A DNA stretch of 64,000 nucleotides from Candidatus Danuiimicrobium aquiferis. GTDB taxonomy: Bacteria > Omnitrophota > Omnitrophia > Omnitrophales > Danuiimicrobiaceae. How positions within the stretch are numbered: position 1 is the stretch's first letter; each line of letters starts with the position of its first letter. Where the stretch lies: NCBI GenBank assembly GCA_001804285.1, contig MHFR01000053.1, forward strand, positions 79,857 to 143,856, written 5' to 3'. Below the pieces are notes generated by a model. It saw only the letters and a list, made by a program, of their open reading frames with translations. It was not told the DNA's origin and ran no database searches. A program made the position numbers and the translations under genes. Below, piece by piece: positions 12,101-18,100 of the stretch.

Positions 12101-15100
12101 CAAAGGTCGTGGGCGCACCTTTTTTCCCGATTCCGTAATCGGCAATGACCAGTAAATCATTTTTGGACTTTCCCTGCTGCCGGCGCAGTTCCTCAACGCG
12201 AGCGATCATATCCCGATGAAGGGGCGACAAACGTCCCTGCCATGTCACCCCGGGTGTTTGATCAGAAAGCGAATCTTTTTCACCGACGAGCCGGACAAGT
12301 TCATCAAGACGGGCCCTTAACCGGCTTAATACATCCGCAGATTCAATTCCAAACAGTTGCGAATTTTTCAAAATCTGGTCATAAAGATCGCGGGCAGCCT
12401 CCAATTTTCCTTCTTCGGCCAATTGATTCGCTTGTGTCACATTTTGAATATTCAACGGGTAATCTGCCGGCACAGGTGCTTCAGTCTCACTCGCATTAAT
12501 GTCATCCCCACGAAAGTGGGGATCCAACTGGATTCCCGCCTTCGCGGGAATGACAGAATTCCGGACTTCGGCACGTTTGGCTAACATTTTGTCCGCCAAA
12601 GTACTCTCGCGCGTTCCGATTAATACCTGGTGAGAACCACTTTCAAGGTTACGCGCTTCGGAGCGAACAGCCTCAGTAGCCCTTGTTTCTGCTCCTTCCA
12701 CCAATTTAAACGGAGCAATCGCCGGAATTTTGACTGGAATACTGATCGCAAAGGTGGTGCTTTTTTCTTTTTTTCCTGTTTCCGGATTAATCACCTCACC
12801 CGAATCAATTTCAAGAACACCGTTATATTTCCCGATAACAGCGCGAACATTTTGAAGTCCCTGCCCCCTCCCCAAGGCCCCTTTCGTTGTCAGCGGAATC
12901 CCGCTCCGGATCTGCCGCAAAACATCCGCAGACATTCCTTTTCCGTTATCTTTCGCAACTAATCGAATCGATTGTTTTCCTTCTTCCGAAAGTTCGAATG
13001 TCGCTGAAATTTGAATTTCAAAATCGTCTTGTCCTGCCTTTTTTGCATCCCGTGCATTCTGAATTAAATTCGTCAGCAACACATCCAAATCCATCACGGC
13101 AAGCCCTGAATCCAACCCGATCTCCCAAGTCATTCTGACATACGGTTCTCGCCTTGCCCAATTAAGCAAAATGTTTAATTCCTCTTCTTGCGGCAATCTC
13201 TGACCTGTTTCCAGTCTTTCAAGCGTGTCCGCAAATCTTTTTGTTTCGTCGAGCGCACGCTCTGTCCAATCAATATATAGTTGGTCGTTCTCCTCGCTTT
13301 GAATCTGGTATTTTTTCATGAGCGTTAAAACAGCTTCGCCAAATTGCTCTGCTTCCCGGATTGCCTGCTTCGTCACCTCGATTAACACGATTAAATCGTC
13401 TATATATTCCGGCTGAAAATGGGTTTCTGTATTAACCGAACTGATCGTCTGCAACAGCATTCTTCCGTAATCAATCGCCTGAGCGCCTTTTGGTTTGAGC
13501 TCTTCATATCGGGCTCTGTCTTCCGGCGAAAGCGCCTTCTTCTCAAATCCGAAATAACGCATATTGGTAGCGGCCTTCCAAATATGACTTAAACGATGGG
13601 TAAAATCTCTTTGCGGCCAGCTCATATATTCGATAATTTCTCTCAACCGAACCTCATTTGCTCGAAGCGCTGCATTTTTATATTGATCCCGTTCGGTTTC
13701 GGGAACCAACGTATCAATCAATTGTTTAAACCGGTCTTTGGGTGTGACAATTATTGAAGGACTTTCAGCCACCGTTGTCCGGCTCTCCGATCTTGCTGTC
13801 TGCTGGACTTGACCTTCCCGCAGTTCCGAACGAGAAGTCTGTTTTTTCTGCCACTCATCAAGGTTAATCACCATTGTGTATAATTTTTTTCCATCCACCG
13901 TGTCTATTGAAGAAACTACCCGTGCAGTATGATAACGCCAAAGCTTGCGGCCCTGTTCTGTCACCGAATTAATTTGAACCTCCGTCAACCCCATGGTCAC
14001 GAACCGCTCAAGAAAACGGATTGCCAATTCATTTGCGACGGTTGTGCTTCTGCCCGCTAATTCGATGGGAAACGAACGTGCCGAATGAATTTGTCCTTTA
14101 GCAATGACGTGTTCTGGCTTTTTGGGATCAACCGCATATTCATAACGATGAGCGCCTACAAGTTCGCCCGAAGGTGTTTCAATATAGTCAACAAAAGTAT
14201 TCGGACGCAGACCTTTTAAACGGTCACGTTCGAAACCAAGAAAATCATTGACCCGATCAAAAAGAAATTGATTATCAACCTCTCCAATTTTCCAGCCACC
14301 TTGATCGCTCGTGCGCGCCTCCGTCCTTGGTTGAGCGGTCAGATCAGTCAAGGACGGAGCGCCGGTTGTTTTGATTAAATTCGCTTGGGAATTATTTTTT
14401 TCGAAGCGCTGCTCCGAACGGAATTCAGATCGCGGAAGTTTTTGGATGGCCCGGCAGTAAAAATTTTCTGCCGCGGGCGCCGCGGAAAAATTTCCATCGA
14501 CAATGTCAGAATTATGATCAATAAATTGAATTTCATTCGTATCGTTTTCAAACGCCGGTAAAAGGCTTAACGAGGCATCCTCTAAAATAAAGTGGACCTC
14601 ATTTAATATTTGAGCCGCCAGGACAGCGGCCGGATTGCTTTGTTTTTCTTCCTCCGCAAGGGCCGCTGCTATTTCGAGTCTTTTTAGAACACGGTTTTTG
14701 TTTTTGAGAATGCTTTGTCCGTTTACCGATAATGAAATTTGATCTCCGTCAATCTCGAGCAGGTTTAATTGATTGAACAGCAAATCATAAAGAGCTTGAA
14801 CGGTCTTTTCTTGTTTTAAAACTTGTTGGCCGGATTCGGTGAAAGAAAATGTCCGTCTGAGCAAATCTTCAGCTGTGTCGGGAGAAGACGCAAGCAACAT
14901 ATCTATCATCCTATTTTCTCCAGTTCCTATCGGATTTGCCGCGTCCGGAGCTTCAACAGCAACCATCTTGAGAATCTCCATACGCTCGGGAGTTTCCGGG
15001 GCAACCAATAATGTTTGGATCCCACGCGCAAAGGCGGCAAGGTCCGCTCTCGCCTCCGTGCGAGCGGCAATGGCAGCGGTTTTGGTATCAGCGGAAGCAG

Positions 15101-18100
15101 GTTCATAAATCCTGACGTATGATGATTCCTGTTGACTATCCATAATCGGAGGATCGAACGGGTTAAGATTCCGCAACTTTTCGAACTGATCGATCCTAAG
15201 CCCGCTGCCCATAAATGCTTCGTTGAAGACCATGACCAATTTCGTGTGTCCTGCAAATTCAATCATTTTATCCGTAAATTGGCGGCGGAATTGTTTGATC
15301 ATCCGTTTGGTCCTGGCCAAATTTTCCTCATCGCCAGGCTGAGTATAATAAAACATCACAAAATCTTTATCGCTCCATGGTACCTGAAACGCATCCTGAG
15401 GCGCTTCTGAGTAATGAAAACGCAAGGGGGCAATGATCCCTGCTTCCACAGCCCGGTCATAGAGGAATTGGCCATCACGATGAAATGCGGGATCGATCTC
15501 CACGGCTGTCACTTCCATGCCGAAAACCACGTGAGCCACCAAAGAAACAATTAAGTTCGGCCCCGAACCCATATCTAACAAATGTTTTCCGCTCAAGTTC
15601 CCGTACCGGTCGGATAATTGTTGAAATGCTTCCTGCAACATGTCAACGGAAGTCGACCCGTAACGGGTTTGATTTGCAGTCAACCGTCCATCTTCCACCA
15701 GCAAAGACATCTTTAAAAGACCTTCGACCGTCCGCATTCGATCTGCCAGCAGCGAATTGGGTGCAGTCACCGAATTTGCAACCTCTCCCACCCTGGGTTC
15801 AGCAGTTCCAGAAATCATCGCCTCTGCGCGGGCTTGAATGGCATCCCGAATCTTCGGCTGATTTAAGAAATGCCGCAGGGTCGGGCCGGCGTTGATATCA
15901 TCAAGCTGGGTAAGAAGCGATTGTTGCGGAACGAAAAAGATTTTCCAGATTTCGCCGCGGCCGGTCGTTTTCCCTGTTTCGTCGGTTTGCTGTTTGTCGA
16001 GACTTTGAAAATGGTTAACTTCACCTTCTGAAAGGGACGCATCCAACGTTTCTTTTGTTTTCTGAATCATGGCAACTTCTTCCGGCGTCGCATGGTAAAT
16101 ATAAATCGTCTTTTTTTCCTGATCCTTCGCTCGAGCTGCGGAAAATTCTCCATCATGACCGATACGTTCCCATTTCCCTTTTAATACGTAGCCCGCTGGG
16201 AAACCCAATTCTTCGACTAATTCTTTCTTGATCGCCTGGTCATAGCGGAAATCCTCGGATACGTGACCGCCATAAATATTTGCTGTGCGCTGCGCCGGAT
16301 CCTTATTTGTACGCTCCAACATGATAAAATTCCCGTCCGGCGTCCGGACAAACGCATTCGCCACCCGATGGAGAAGCTGTTTTCCTTCCGAACCGTCATT
16401 TTTTGCCTTCACCTGAACAACGCCGTTTGGCCCGTAATATAAATGTGCAAGGTTCCGGTCAAGAGAACCGAGAACTTCATCCGCTTGGGTGACGACATCA
16501 ATCATTTCGCCGCTCAATTTAACCTGCCCGGCTTGAATTAAATTCAAAACAGCGTCGACATGAGCCGCAGTCAACGGCGTGTCATTTTTCGGATTGGCTA
16601 TAATTGTTTCTAACTGAACCTTGACTTGTTTAGCCGTCACCCTCGCTTCCGCACGCCCAGCAAAAACAGAATCGGGGACAGGTTCTGGTTTCGTTGATGC
16701 AGAACCTGTCCCCATTATTGAGGCGAGGTTGCGCTGCTTCGCACGCTGGCGGGCAATTTTGAGAACTTCTTTAATTTGCTGATACGGAAGCCCTTTGGTT
16801 TCTGCTTCGATTTTTCGGATCACGGCATCATCCCCGACAAGTGTTTGACGTGCGTCGAGAAATTGTTCATACACGGCCAAACGGTCAAGCAATGTTTGAG
16901 CGGGAAGTTTCTCAAGCTCTTTTGCTTTCGCCTGAATTTCCTCAAATGAAAGCTCTGCGGGTTCCGCCGTTTGTTCGATCACACCTTGCATATCCGGCAC
17001 CAGCGCGAGCGCGGTGGCAAGGTTCGAATTGGAAACGCCGTTGACGCGGCTGACTAAGCTGCCGACGGATTCAGCGTCGATTTTGCCGCTTTTCCACATG
17101 TCTTTGAGGCCCTCTCCAAGGACTTCAATCTTTTTCGACATGAGCGCTTTCAGCTTACCGAAATAATTTGAATTGAAGGATTTGAGTTCCCGTTCGAGGG
17201 CTTGACGGAGGTCGTTGTCATTCCCGCGAAAGCGGGAATCCAGAGACTGTAGATCCCCGATTAAAGCATTCGGGGATGACAAAGAACCCTGCCCCGCGTC
17301 TCCTGCCCCTCCCTCCTGTTCCTTCCTCAATATCTGCACAAGCGCGTCCACATATCTTGTGTAAGAACCGGCTTCGGTCACTCGCCCTTCGGCGATGGAA
17401 TTCTGGATAATCCGGTCGCGCCAGCGTTTGAGGCTGGGTGTGAGTTCTTCGGTTTTAAGAGACGCGGCCATTTTCGCGGCATAATCTTTTGCGAGCGCGT
17501 CCCAGAGGCTTCCTTTGAAATATTTCATATAGGACATATTGCCGCGCATGACATTCATGTAATTCTCTTTCGTCCCGATCTCGCTGATTTTGGGCGCGAT
17601 GAGCGCGTAAGAAATACCGGCTGATTTCATTTTTTCTTTGATGCCTTCCGAATGGAAACCGCCGGTAACGATCACCGCGATCTTCGCGTTTTGACGGTCC
17701 ATGGTTTTAATAACGTTTTGGAAAAGCACTTCGTCACGCTCGAGCGCAAGTTCGTAGAAGCGGAAGTGCGGCTGGAAAAGAGTTACGAGGTCACTGGACA
17801 CTACGTCACTCGTCACTGGTGTAAAAAAAGGCGGGTGCTGTAACGCAAAAATAGTTTTGGGGTTTTTGTCATCCCCGTGCAAACGGGGATCCAGCCGGAT
17901 TCCCGCTTTCGCGGGAATGACAGAATAACCTCTTCGCAATGACGCACTATCTTTTTCCGGTGACTGGTGACCGGCGACTAGTGGCTTCACCTCTTTCCAC
18001 TGTTCATGCGTAATTTCCAGTTTCGCGAAATCGCGGAAAAGTTCCAAATCATAGAAACCGGAAACCAGTTCTTTCTCCTCTGCCGTTTTCGGAAGGAATT

